Shown: positions 51,785-64,000 of the stretch, piece by piece
Layout of the letters: every line of letters begins with the position of its first letter
How positions within the stretch are numbered: position 1 is the stretch's first letter
From: Eledone cirrhosa
Taxonomy: Eukaryota
DNA: 64,000 nucleotides
Assembly (NCBI GenBank): GCA_964016885.1
Contig: OZ024765.1
Coordinates: 23,312,001 to 23,376,000, forward strand
Direction of reading: 5' to 3'
Notes under the pieces: model-generated
What the model saw: only the letters and a program-made list of their open reading frames with translations
What the model was told of the DNA's origin: nothing
Database searches by the model: none
Made by a program: the position numbers and the translations under genes

Positions 51785-51939
51785 ATTAACACTTAGAATT
51801 TAATATTCTATCATACTATTTCATTATAATACCATTATATATATTTTAAAGGATTGTAAATAAAACGAGTATATCAGACAAAGTTGGAATTCCTCTTATT
51901 AATATATATATATATATATACATGTATATATATATGTAT

Positions 51940-52066
<127 letters not shown>

Positions 52067-52085
52067 CATGTATATATATATATAT

Positions 52086-52214
<129 letters not shown>

Positions 52215-52340
52215 AAAGTTTTATTTAAAATGTTGGGTTACAACGAGTAAATATTTTATAACTGATATAAAAGCACTCAACAGGTTTTGGAGTATTTTAC
52301 GATATTAAACAAATGGAAATTACATTTATAAAACCATATT

Positions 52341-52406
52341 TATTTCATTATATATATTTCAGGGATATCATATTAAAAATATGGTATGCCCTCTTCAGAT
52401 AAAATA
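52341..52406 (-). ncRNA. Type I hammerhead ribozyme in the left arm
   Basis: Reverse complement of 57250-57315. Confidence 0.8.
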
Positions 52407-53260
52407 CAATATATAGACAGCTTTATAAATAAATTTGACATACCTTAGAGTTCACAACTTCCATTTAAAAAGTTGTTACGGTAGTGAAAATGTTATGGAC
52501 GGTTAGAAAGAAAGACGGAGAGAAAAAAGGAAAAAGAAAAAGGAGAAAAGAAAAAGAAAGAGCAGAAGGTGAAGAAGATGAAGAAATGTATGTAAAGAGA
52601 AAATCACCAAATGAGATATCTATGAGAGAAGGGGGTACTGTAATTATTCATTTGTTTATTTCTTTATTTAGTGTTAAGGATACGGGGAGAAATAAAAAAT
52701 AAAAACAAAATAAAGAGAAGTAGATCGAGTAATATCTATTATACGAGGTGGGAGAGATAGGGGAGGGGTGATATACAGGAGATAGAGTTAAAACAGCCGA
52801 TATAAGAGTAGAAGGGAGGAGGAGAGGAGATATACTGAGAAACAAAAATGATAGTTTTAAAATATTATGTTTCATCAGTCTATCAATTCCTATGAATTAT
52901 AATGTAAACATCAATATTCATGAATGAGACACATATCAATAATGTGTGAAAAAATAGTGACTATATGTTTAGTTTAAAAATTCATAGGTTTATAATCAAA
53001 ATCTGAGATAAAACCTCAAAAAAATACTGGAATACATAGGTATATATGTATTTTCATGAAAAAAGAGAAAAGAGAAAGAGAAAGAGAAAGAGAAAGTTAT
53101 CTCAAAATGACATTATAGACACATGTGAGTTTACATGATCAGCTCTGTAAATTTTTATTTCACATGGAACTCTTCATTGCGTTAAAAAGATTTTACCATA
53201 CACATAAGTGTACATACATATATATATACATAAAATATACATTATTAATAATAATAATAT

Positions 53261-53463
53261 GAAGGGCGGTGGATTGGCACTATCAGTAGAGGGTCGGACG
53301 CCATGCCTTCCAGCATAGTTACGTCCCTTTACGATCTGAGTTCAAATCCCGCCGAGGTTGACTTTGCCTTTCATCCTTACGGGGTCGATAAAATAAAGTA
53401 CCAGTAATACACTGGGTAATTGCTGGCCTTGTGCCTAAAGTAGAAACAATTAATAATAATAAT
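53261..53463 (+). mobile_element. tRNA-derived SINE inside the left arm (mirror copy at 56200-56400)
   Basis: Box B gagttcaaatcc, then gttgactttgcctttcatcc and an (AAT)n tail. Confidence 0.8.
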
Positions 53464-53931
53464 ATTCTTGCCCTTTCTTACATGATTATCGTACAAGCAT
53501 AGAATAGAACAGATATCAATATATTAAAAACGCCAAGAATATTTTCCTCCCCAGAATATCTAGGGCCGTAATAAAAACACAGTGGGCCCAGCATATCAAT
53601 CAATCCCTCCAATTTATTTGACAATACTGCCAAGTTTATTAGAAGCAATCAGAGTCAAAAGCAAACAAAACCAAAATTATTCACCAAACTTAATTAGCAG
53701 AAATCATTCAAAAAAACTTTAGGATGCTCGGTTGTTCTACAGATGCTCTTATATTTATTCTAGAAGTTTATCTAGCATAAAAATTTTATTCTATAGATTT
53801 GGATCATCACCGTTTTAAGGTAGTTTAATTACATTATTAATTATATATTCATGAAGAAGGTTTAAAGAATTGAAGGAATCGAAAGAAATCGCCAAGTTTT
53901 CTAAAATAATTAAAAGTCTTAAGTAAATATA

Positions 53932-55842
53932 TTACATTTTAAACTTATATTTATATTTAAAAGTTGAGTTCAATCTATGTCTGCAGCAACTGAATAAATT
54001 GGTCCGTAAATTAAGGGAATTTTTAGATTTTAGTATAAAGAATATCTCCTCTGCGCAGAGGTCACATGTCTCAGAGGAGGAATTAAAAGGAATCCCTCTT
54101 GAGACTATATTCCAAACCGTCGAATATCCAACGTTATCATGTTTAAGTTGCCAGAGCAAGCCTGATAGTGATGTTGAAGATTTTTTGTTTGGATCTGTGA
54201 AAGAATTCTTGTGATTATTATAGCGAAGTTTAAATTCTGTCGAGGTGGAACCAACATAATTAAAAGAATTTAAGTCAGTTTTAACATTACAGTTGTATAT
54301 TATATTTTTAACTAAGCAATTGTTATTTAACGGGCATTTAGATCTATCTCTACAGTAACAGTTGTTTACTTGAATATTGTTTATGCTATTATCGGTATTT
54401 TGGCTAGGTTTTAGATTTCTATTATTTATTCTATTAATATTTTGTGCTAAATTTTTGGTGGACGAGTAGGTTAATTTTATAGTATGTCTATTGAAAATTG
54501 AGTGATACTTATGTGTTCTAGGGAATCGTTTGTCAAGAGCATTAAAAAATAGTTTAGTGATGTGGGTTTTAATGTTTAGTGAGAAAGGGGGGGCAAACCA
54601 AATTATGTTTCTAGTTCTATTCCTTTTCTGGTTTTGGGAATTATTGTAATTCTTTCTATTATAGTTGTTAAAGTTGTTACCGTAATTAAAATTGTTGTTA
54701 TTTTGGTTAGTTTGTCTATTATTATCGATGTACATAATTTTATCACTATATCCTGCTCTAGCTAACGCTTCATTGTAATAGTGGGCTTTTTGGTCGAAAA
54801 TATTTTTATTAGATGAGATTCTAGAGATACGTTTTTGAACAGAGTTTACTATAGTATTTTTAACAGATCTGGGGTGGTTGGAGTTAAAATTGACATAATT
54901 CAAGTTTTCATTTAACTTGTGAAATGGATAGTGAAGACATGTGTTGAGATTTAATGTTACATCTAGGAAATTGACTATTCTATGGTTATTCTCAATTTCT
55001 ATTTTTAGATTAAGGTAATTAAAAAATTGTATAATTTGTTTTCTTTTTCTATTTAGTTCAGAGTTATTATTTTCAATAAGTAAAAGCATGTCATCCCGAT
55101 ATAATCCTCCGGTAGCACCGGGTAATTTCCTATGCAGCGAATTAATTATAAATAGGCCCACAAGGTCTGTTACCTGAGCCGAGTCAGATGATCCCATAGT
55201 AATGTCAAAATTGCTATCCCTATCTGCCCTAGTCCATAGTTGGTTATTAAATTCTATCAATGTTTTTCTTGCCGATAGTATAATGTGCATTTCATTGCTA
55301 GTTAGGTCTGTATGTTTGAATGCATAATTTAGTGCCTTATTTAGTAGGTTAGGGGTAATAGATGAATAGTAGTTAGCAATATCTAGTTGAATAAATTTAT
55401 TATTATTGTTATATTTAATTTCTTTAAACCACTCAATAACCTCTCCAGTTCCCTTCCACAAGCTTAAGTTAGGTGAACAATTCAAGTTCTTAATTTGCTG
55501 TATCACCCTGTCTAGAATGTTTTTGCTAAGTTTACCCAGGTCAGATTTTGATGGTGCGATCAATCTGACTGGCAAGTCGTTTTCAAAATTTCTTTTGTGA
55601 TCTTTCATATTGATCTTGGGTTTCCTGGGCAAGAAAGGTTGTGTTTTGTTCTCAATTTCCAACTCATGCATTATACAAGATGCCTCAACGTTCATTTTCT
55701 CAAGTTCAGCCTTATCTGCTACCTTGTACTTTTTCCTTAGTTCTTTCAGTATGAGGCCATTATACATGTCTTTATCCAGTCCATAGAGGTTGTTGGTTTT
55801 GTCCGATTTCACCAAGATCTTCTCTGTTCTCTCTAAGCTCAC
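53932..55842 (-). CDS. PLE polyprotein: RT + C-terminal GIY-YIG endonuclease (Naiad-like); the frame stays open upstream to about 56140
   Basis: KSDKT, PSKSDLGK, QLDIANYYSSI, ITMGSSDSA, GLYRDD, NFLDVT, WFAPPFS, CYCRDRSKCPL, IIY..YVG..FKLRYNNH and CDLC..E..LNLR..CRH. The clade assignment is from memory of these motifs. Confidence 0.9.
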   Translation of the reverse strand: MSLERTEKILVKSDKTNNLYGLDKDMYNGLILKELRKKYKVADKAELEKMNVEASCIMHELEIENKTQPFLPRKPKINMKDHKRNFENDLPVRLIAPSKSDLGKLSKNILDRVIQQIKNLNCSPNLSLWKGTGEVIEWFKEIKYNNNNKFIQLDIANYYSSITPNLLNKALNYAFKHTDLTSNEMHIILSARKTLIEFNNQLWTRADRDSNFDITMGSSDSAQVTDLVGLFIINSLHRKLPGATGGLYRDDMLLLIENNNSELNRKRKQIIQFFNYLNLKIEIENNHRIVNFLDVTLNLNTCLHYPFHKLNENLNYVNFNSNHPRSVKNTIVNSVQKRISRISSNKNIFDQKAHYYNEALARAGYSDKIMYIDNNRQTNQNNNNFNYGNNFNNYNRKNYNNSQNQKRNRTRNIIWFAPPFSLNIKTHITKLFFNALDKRFPRTHKYHSIFNRHTIKLTYSSTKNLAQNINRINNRNLKPSQNTDNSINNIQVNNCYCRDRSKCPLNNNCLVKNIIYNCNVKTDLNSFNYVGSTSTEFKLRYNNHKNSFTDPNKKSSTSLSGLLWQLKHDNVGYSTVWNIVSRGIPFNSSSETCDLCAEEIFFILKSKNSLNLRTNLFSCCRHRLNSTFKYKYKFKM

Positions 55843-57249
55843 AATATTATCCTTAATGCTTTTCAGATATTCTTGGCCTTTGAAGTTTCTCTTGAATTTG
55901 ACTCCTTGTATGATAGAGATTATATCGTTTTCAAAATCAATTAAAAGTTTGTTGGGGGGTGGATTTTTTTTAGATTTGAAAACTTTATCTAAGTCTGAGA
56001 CATTTTCATTTGTATTAGATTTATCAAAGTGGAATGCACGCCACCTGATTCTCCTTATAAAAGAGTCTGATTTATCTATTAATTGTTTAATAAAGTCTTT
56101 GTTTCTTGGCGTTTTTAATATTTTAATATATTGATATCTGTTCTATTCTATGCTTGTACGATAATCATGTAAGAAAGGGCAAGAATATTAATATTATATT
56201 ATTATTATTAATTGTTTCTACTTTAGGCACAAGGCCAGCAATTACCCAGTGTATTACTGGTACTTTATTTTATCGACCCTGTAAGGATGAAAGGCAAAGT
56301 CAACCTCGGCGGGATTTGAACTCAGATCGTAAAGGGACGTAACTATGCTGGAAGGCATGGCGTCCGACCCTCTACTGATAGTGCCAATCCACCGCCCTTC
56401 ATATTATTATTATTAATAATGTATATTTTATGTATATATATATGTATGTACACTTATGTGTATGGTAAAATCTTTTTAACGCAATGAAGAGATCCATGTG
56501 AAATAAAAATTTACAGAGCTGATCATGTAAACTCACATGTGTCTATAATGTCAGTTTGAGATAACCTTCTCTTTTTCTTTCTCTTTTCTCTTTTTTCATG
56601 AAAATACATATATACCTATGTATTCCAGTATTTTTTTTGAGGTTTTATCTCAGATTTTGATTATAAACCTATGAATTTTTAAACTAAACATATAGTCACT
56701 ATTTTTTCACACATTATTGATATGTGTCTCATTCATGAATATTGATGTTTACATTATAATTCATAGGAATTGATAGACTGATGAAACATAATATTTTAAA
56801 ACTATCATTTTTGTTTCTAAGTATATCTCCTCTCCTCCTCCCTTCTACTCTTATATCGGCTGTTTTAACTCTATCTCCTGTATATCACCCCTCCCCTATC
56901 TCTCCCACCTCGTATAATAGATATTACTCGATCTACTTCTCTTTATTTTGTTTTTATATTTTATTTCTCCCCGTATCCTTAACACTAAATAAAGAAATAA
57001 ACAAATGAATAATTACAGTACCCCCTTCTCTCATAGATATCTCATTTGGTGATTTTCTCTTTACATACATTTCTTCATCTTCTTCACCTTCTGCTCTTTC
57101 TTTTTCTTTTCTCCTTTTTCTTTTTCCTTTTTTCTCTCCGTCTTTCTTTCTAACCGTCCATAACATTTTCACTACCGTAACAACTTTTTAAATGGAAGTT
57201 GTGAACTCTAAGGTATGTCAAATTTATTTATAAAGCTGTCTATATATTG

Positions 57250-57315
57250 TATTTTATCTGAAGAGGGCATACCATATTTTTAATATGATATCCCTGAAAT
57301 ATATATAATGAAATA
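57250..57315 (+). ncRNA. Type I hammerhead ribozyme in the right arm
   Basis: tattttat CTGAAGA gggcataccatatt ttt aatatgatatccct GAAA tatata TA atgaaata. Confidence 0.8.
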
Positions 57316-57356
57316 AATATGGTTTTATAAATGTAATTTCCATTTGTTTAATATCG

Positions 57357-57397
<41 letters not shown>

Positions 57398-57398
57398 G

Positions 57399-57447
<49 letters not shown>

Positions 57448-57738
57448 ATATATATATATATACATGTATATATATATATATATATACATGTATGTATATA
57501 TATATATATATATACATGTATGTATATATATATATGTATATATATATATGTATGTATGTATATATATATATATATACACATGTATGTATATATATATATA
57601 TATATACACACATGTATGTATGTATAGATATATATGTATACATGTATCTATATATATATACTACCAAATCAACTTTTTAAATGGAAGTTGAAGTGTAAGG
57701 TATGTCAAATCTATCTATTTATAAGACGGTTTATATTG

Positions 57739-57804
57739 TATTTTGTCTGATGAAGGCATACCATATTTTTAATATGATATCCCTGAAATATATATAATGA
57801 AATA
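57739..57804 (+). ncRNA. Type I hammerhead ribozyme in a diverged tandem copy (about 57670-57846) of the arm end
   Basis: tattttgt CTGATGA aggcataccatatt ttt aatatgatatccct GAAA tatata TA atgaaata; the changes preserve pairing. Confidence 0.8.
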
Positions 57805-57857
57805 GATATGGTTTTATAAATATAGTTTCCATTTATTTAATATCGTATATATACATG

Positions 57858-57889
<32 letters not shown>

Positions 57890-57988
57890 TGTATGTATGT
57901 ATATATATATATATATATATATGTATACATGTATGTATATATATATATACATGTATATATATGTATATATACATGTATATATATGTAT

Positions 57989-58142
<154 letters not shown>

Positions 58143-58165
58143 GTATATATATATATATATATACA

Positions 58166-58523
58166 CATGGTCGGGTCGTTGGCGACTAAACTGGCAACCC
58201 CACCAAGGTTTCTTGGTGAGGAGGGTGACTTTGGACATCCTGCAGGACTAAAAACAAAACCTGTCAAAGGGCAAAGGAGCTCTTAAGAGTCAATGGCCAA
58301 CCAAAATCACCAGGAGAGATGACCCCTTAGCCTTTCTCAAGGCAGAATTCTAGGAGAAGGAAAACTCTGATATAACACCTGCAACCCTGATGGTATCGAA
58401 TGACGTTGACTTATTCTTCTTTTTGGTAAATATCATCTTGGTTAAGAGAGTGGGACTGGCTTTGTGCAGTGCCTTTGCTCACTATAAAAGCTTCACGGCA
58501 CAGGCATTGCTTTATATCTGGAG
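58166..58523 (+). mobile_element. Isolated GC-richer island resembling an RTE-type 5' UTR
   Basis: Contains ctaggagaaggaaaactctga, recalled from RTE-clade leaders; embedded in microsatellite. Confidence 0.35.
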
Positions 58524-59559
58524 ATATATATATATATTAACATGTATGTATATATATATACATGTATATATATATATACATGTATGTATATATATATACA
58601 TGTATGTATATATATATATATATATACATATATACACGTATGTATATAAATACATGTATGTATATATATATATATACATATATACACGTATGTATATATA
58701 TATACATGTATGTATATATATACATATATACATGTATGTATGTATATATATATATATATACATATATACACGTATGTATATATATACATGTATGTATATA
58801 TATATACATATATACATGTATATATATATATACATGTATGTATATATATACATGTATATATATATATATACATGTATATATATATGTATATATATATACA
58901 TCTATATATATATATACATCTATATATATATAAATATATATACATACATGTATATATATATATACATGTATATATATATATACATGTATATATATATATA
59001 CATGTATATATATATGTATATATATATACATCTATATATATATAAATATATATACATATATGTATATATATATATACATGTATATATATATGTATATATA
59101 TACATACATGTATATATATACATACATGTATATATATATATGTATATATATACATACATGTATATAAATACATGTATATATATATGTATATATATATACA
59201 TACATGTATATATATATATATACATACATGTATATATATACATGTATGTATATATATACATGTATATATATATATACATGTATATATATATATATACATG
59301 TATATATATATATACATGTATACATATACATGTATATATATATATATATACATACATGTATATATATATATACATACATGTATATATATATATATATATA
59401 CATACATGTATATATATATATACATACATGTATATATATATATACATACATGTATATATATACATACATGTATATATATATACATACATGTATATATATA
59501 TATATACATGTATATATATATATACACATGTATGTATATACACATGTATGTATATATAT

Positions 59560-59601
<42 letters not shown>

Positions 59602-59706
59602 ATATATATATACATACATGTATATATACATACATGTATATATATATACATGTATATATATATATATATATACATGTATATATATACATGTATATATATA
59701 TATATG
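58524..59706. repeat. (TA)n tract punctuated by CATG (also 51907-52211, 57359-57660, 57847-58165)
   Basis: Seen directly; source of the spurious 464-aa and 398-aa ORFs. Confidence 0.95.
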
Positions 59707-59787
59707 TTATTCCGGGTTGAATCGGAGGTAACCACAGTAAGTAAGGTACTCAATACATTGCAGAGTATAAAAGTTTTAATATAGATG

Positions 59788-59838
59788 AGATTCTACAGGA
59801 CTAGAACTGTTTCATTCTTTAGAAATCATCAGGAATCT
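59788..59838 (-). ncRNA. Type I hammerhead ribozyme with a full stem III
   Basis: agattc CTGATGA t ttc taaa gaa t GAAA cag ttctagtc ctg TA gaatct. Confidence 0.87.
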
Positions 59839-60369
59839 GGGTATCAAAAAATAAGTATGGTATTTATACAAGTGGTAGTAGAGGGTGGGGAGTAGGATGG
59901 GTGTAGGTCATTGGTTGATAGAAAAGGGAATTCATTAAAAGCTAATTCTACAAAGCTATAGTTTATATTTATTTTTATTTATTTTTGTTTTTAGAGTAAC
60001 AAAGGCAGACAGAATTCTATAAACAGGTTCAGGATGGCATGCCACTCCTTATTATTAAGTTTCTCTTAAGCTAACAGGTGTCTATAAGATCAGTGGGGGG
60101 TCAGTCATGGTAGATAGATTTAAAGGAAAGGGAGATTCTTTAAAAGCTAAATTCATTTAGGATCTACTAAGTGACAAAGGTTTAGAGAATTCTGTAGACA
60201 AATTCAAAATATTGAGTGCATATCATACAATTATCCTCAAATTTCTCTTAAACTATTCAACTATATGCCAAAAATCAACAGACACATTCACAAAACACAC
60301 TCACTCACACACTCGCGCGCACATACACATACACATATACACACATATACACAGACACACATATAAATA

Positions 60370-60401
<32 letters not shown>

Positions 60402-60432
60402 AAAATATATATATATATATACACATACATAT

Positions 60433-60493
<61 letters not shown>

Positions 60494-60506
60494 CATATAC
60501 ACACAC

Positions 60507-60581
<75 letters not shown>

Positions 60582-60586
60582 CATAT

Positions 60587-60640
<54 letters not shown>

Positions 60641-60675
60641 TAGGAGCCAGCATAAAATTAACCCTTAAGGAACAT

Positions 60676-61974
60676 ATGTTCAAATTTAATGGTAAAACAT
60701 ATGCCCAAGAGGAAGGAGCAGCCATTGGTGTTAGCATTGCAGGCAACGTAGCTAACTTATTCATGGTATGGTGGGACAGTAGACTTAAACTTAAACTTAA
60801 AGAACAATTAGAAGACAGCTTAACCCTGATAATGAACTCCCGCTACGTAGATGATATAAACATCGTAGTTAAGACACCCCCACTAGAGAACAGTCAGGAA
60901 CTAGAGAAAAACACAATGGAAAGCATCCAGCAAATAGCAAACTCCATCCACCAGAGCATTAGAGTTACTATAGACTACCCAAGTAGACACCCCAACCATC
61001 GATTACCTGTACTAGACACAGAGCTCTGGTTAGATACCATTAACAACAAAAAACAAATCCTCCATTCCCATTATGCCAAACCCATGACTTCCAAACATCT
61101 GATCCACCGAAACTCGGCCATTTCGGACCATAACAAAATCAACATACTGATTGCGGATTTGGTACGGGTGATGAGAAATGTGTCCCGCATGTGCAACCCC
61201 GAAGAACTAGAGAGACACATACAACACTTCATCCACCGTATGCAGTTCTCTGGCTACAATCAGAGAGATAGAATCAGAGTGTATAGAGGAGCCAGAACCA
61301 AATGGGAAAAAATGGTAAATAATGACATAAATGGGACCTGCCCCTTGTATAGGAGCAAATTTTGGAATAGAATAGAAAGAACTAGGAACAAGGCCAATAG
61401 AATAAACTCATGGTATGATAGCAATAAATACCAGAGTGTAATGTTCATCAATACAACCCCTAGAGGCGAACTAGCCTACAAATTTAGAAGGGCCCTAAAT
61501 AAACATAAACTCAATATTAAGATAGTAGAAAGACCAGGTACCTCCGTAAAAACACTTATTAGCAAGACATACCCGTTCCAAAGACCCTCATGTATAGATA
61601 AGAAATGTATAACCTGTAAAATAAGCCCCCATATTAACTGTAAAACTAGAAATGTAGTGTATAGCATAAGATGTACTGAAGGACAATGTAGAAACAAAAA
61701 TATAGTGTACATAGGTGAGACAGCTCGTAGTATAGGGGAACGGATAAATGAACACTGGCGAGACCTTCAAGATAATAAAGAATCATCTGTACTCTACCAA
61801 CATGCTAAGATAGAACACAAGGATAAATTAGAGAACATAGAAATAAAAATAGAATCTACACACAGAAAAGATGCAATGTTTAGGCAAATTACAGAGGTAG
61901 TAAGCATAAAAGAATTACAACCAAAATTAAATAGAAAATATGAGTGGAACAGCAACATCACAACTTACAATTAA
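60676..61974 (+). CDS. PLE RT C-terminal half + GIY-YIG endonuclease, 432 aa
   Basis: [30 protein letters not shown] knuckle, [26 protein letters not shown]...H and LNRK. Confidence 0.9.
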   Translation: MFKFNGKTYAQEEGAAIGVSIAGNVANLFMVWWDSRLKLKLKEQLEDSLTLIMNSRYVDDINIVVKTPPLENSQELEKNTMESIQQIANSIHQSIRVTIDYPSRHPNHRLPVLDTELWLDTINNKKQILHSHYAKPMTSKHLIHRNSAISDHNKINILIADLVRVMRNVSRMCNPEELERHIQHFIHRMQFSGYNQRDRIRVYRGARTKWEKMVNNDINGTCPLYRSKFWNRIERTRNKANRINSWYDSNKYQSVMFINTTPRGELAYKFRRALNKHKLNIKIVERPGTSVKTLISKTYPFQRPSCIDKKCITCKISPHINCKTRNVVYSIRCTEGQCRNKNIVYIGETARSIGERINEHWRDLQDNKESSVLYQHAKIEHKDKLENIEIKIESTHRKDAMFRQITEVVSIKELQPKLNRKYEWNSNITTYN

Positions 61975-62178
61975 GGACAAAATGAAAACACACACACACA
62001 TAGAACAAACAACCAACCAACAACATGTAAATAAATAAACAAATAGATAAATGAACACAAACACACACAGACACCCGGATGTGGCGCATGCGCAAACTGA
62101 GCACACAACACACACACAGAAACAAAATGGCGTAGGACAGAAGAAAGGAAAGGCACAGAAACAAAGAAAGGAATCCCC

Positions 62179-62223
62179 AGTCACTGAAGAGGTCACAGAG
62201 TGTGTGACGAAAGGACTATGACT
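62179..62223 (+). ncRNA. Minimal type I hammerhead ribozyme 3' of the PLE ORF
   Basis: agtca CTGAAGA g gtcaca gagtg tgtgac GAAA ggac TA tgact. Confidence 0.8.
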
Positions 62224-62469
62224 ATATATAAACAACTATCTGGTTGAGGAACCAACCAACCAACCAGAAACTTAGAAGTTTGTAGATTTGTAAATTTATA
62301 AATTTATGAATATATAATAAATTGAAGTGAAAGCAACTGGTGCGTGTGTTTCTTATTGGCAACATGACCCTCCCAAAGTATAACAATATATATATATAAA
62401 TATATATATAAATATATATATATATACATATATATGCGCAGAGGTTATATTTAATTTATTGGGATTCAA

Positions 62470-62750
62470 CAAGCTTAAAAATATCCTTTACGAATATTGA
62501 TAAAAAATCTTCAACTTCTCTATCCAACTTATTATGGAACTTAAAATCTAAGAATATTAACTATTCTTTATCTTGGGAAATTATTTGCAAAGCTCCTTCA
62601 TACACTGCTTTATCCAAAAATTGCTCCCTTTGCGTTGAAGAAATATTCTTTATACTAAAAAGTAAGAACTCTATTAACTTGCGAAATAATTTATTTAGTT
62701 CTTGTAAATATCGTTTAAAATCAACTTTTAGATATATATATAAAATGTAA
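62470..62750 (+). mobile_element. C-terminal fragment of a third PLE copy related to 53932-55842
   Basis: SFTNIDKKSSTSLSNLLWNLK...CSLCVEEIFFILKSKNSINLRNNLFSSCKYRLKSTFRYIYKM aligns with the end of the 636-aa ORF. Confidence 0.85.
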
Positions 62751-64000
62751 TATATGGTTAATCTCCTTTACATAATGTTTTCTATATCCAACCACCTACA
62801 ACCTCATCCTCCAGATTATATCTATATATGATTAATATATATTTAATTTATTTTCTATTATCTCTACCTCATAAATATACTTTATATTATTACACTTATC
62901 AATAGATTATAACCTTTTTATATGACTACTTGAAATTCCTTTAAGGAAAAGTTTAGAAAATTCTGAGAAAGTTCCTTTGAAAGATATAGAAAAACCATTA
63001 TTTTCATATCTTCCAATATTTTATATCTTCAAACATTCTTAATATATGTATCCAAATATTTATATTTATATATATGTGGAATAACATGATTTTTATATAT
63101 AGGTTTTATTTATATATGTATGTGGAATAACTTATCGTTTATGTTTTAACTATATTCTTAAGATAAATTTTTTAACTTTATAACAAGTATGACTTCTTAT
63201 AAAGTAACCTATGGTTTATGTGTTAATTATATTCTTAAGATAAATTTGACTTCTTATAAAATAAAATATGGTTTATGTTCTAACTATATTCTTAAGATAA
63301 AATCTTTTTACTTTTTTAACTTTATAACATTTATGACTTCTCATAAAAAGATTTTTTTTATGTATCCTTGGAGTCTTTTGAGTTCTAACTTCCTTTATAT
63401 TTCCTTACTGTTTTTATAATATAATTAAGTAGTTATTCCTTTGTAAACTCTCGTAAATTTTCATAAATTTAGAATTATTTGGATGTGTAAGTTTTGACTT
63501 ACAACTATTAATAAATATAATTTTGCCAAACTTACTTTAATAAAATAAACTATACTGGATTTTCTCTAATGTAAAATATTATATATTTATTTAAATAATT
63601 TATAATCCATAACATACACATCTAAACCAATATATTATTACTAATACATCTTAATATAATATAAATACTTGTTTTAATTTCAATTTTTTTAATTTTTTAA
63701 TTTTTAATTTTTAATTTTTAATTTTTAATATTAAATATTAAATTTAAATTAAATTAAATCTTTAATATTAAGGCAAATTTTAATCTTTATTTTTAATTTT
63801 TAATTTTAATCTAATTTTTCAACCTATCATTATAAATATTGTAATCACAACGTAATTGAACCCTACATTCTAAATATTATTCTTCCACGTTAATCTTATT
63901 TCTTATTTCACTTAGATATATTTACGCTATATTTCTCCATTAAAACTTATTTCTTCATTCATTCTGACTATATCCACTATCACTATGTATAATCGTTCTT

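Larger units (their letters stand above)
51513..51906. repeat. 394-bp near-perfect palindrome
   Basis: 194-bp arms, 6-nt loop aactga at 51707-51712, one mismatch seen. Confidence 0.95.
52298..57358 (-). mobile_element. Penelope-like element bounded by about 1.25-kb inverted repeats
   Basis: Arms 52298-53539 and 56103-57358 are near-identical reverse complements enclosing the RT/GIY-YIG ORF. Confidence 0.9.
60636..62388 (+). mobile_element. 5'-truncated Penelope-like element of a second clade, with 3' terminal region
   Basis: The ORF is followed by a 3' region with a hammerhead and the motif ttattggcaacatgaccctcccaaagtataac, also present near 42440-42472. Confidence 0.88.

Noticed and set aside
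52484-52875. Lys/Glu-rich and Ser/Pro-rich ORFs duplicated at 56781-57172
   Set aside because: Purine-skewed PLE arm sequence; duplicated only because the arm is.
53932-55842. Selenocysteine recoding, reported for some Naiad PLEs
   Set aside because: No in-frame TGA in this ORF and the Cys motifs are ordinary codons.

Overview
AT-rich, microsatellite-laden animal genomic DNA, most likely an octopus or other coleoid cephalopod. This is an inference from the [17 protein letters not shown]-type C2H2 arrays and the repeat landscape. Host genes: two tandemly duplicated C2H2 zinc-finger genes on the minus strand (17 and 13 fingers), each with a conserved upstream exon, and two 138-nt phase-1 EGF-like exons that the ORF track largely misses. 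The rest is mobile DNA: many RTEX-type LINE copies, one GC-rich RTE, a decayed Helitron in a head-to-tail array, piggyBac-like TTAA MITEs, tRNA-derived SINEs, a 5S rRNA fragment and several Penelope-like elements (PLEs). The most striking signal is ten type I hammerhead ribozyme motifs from six sequence families, read by eye on both strands. Most have a minimal palindromic stem III and sit in fold-back structures. One PLE ORF is enclosed by about 1.25-kb inverted repeats whose outer ends each carry a hammerhead. Almost all short I/Y/C/V/M/H-rich ORFs are microsatellite artefacts. All alignments and folds were done by eye, so boundaries of decayed elements are approximate.
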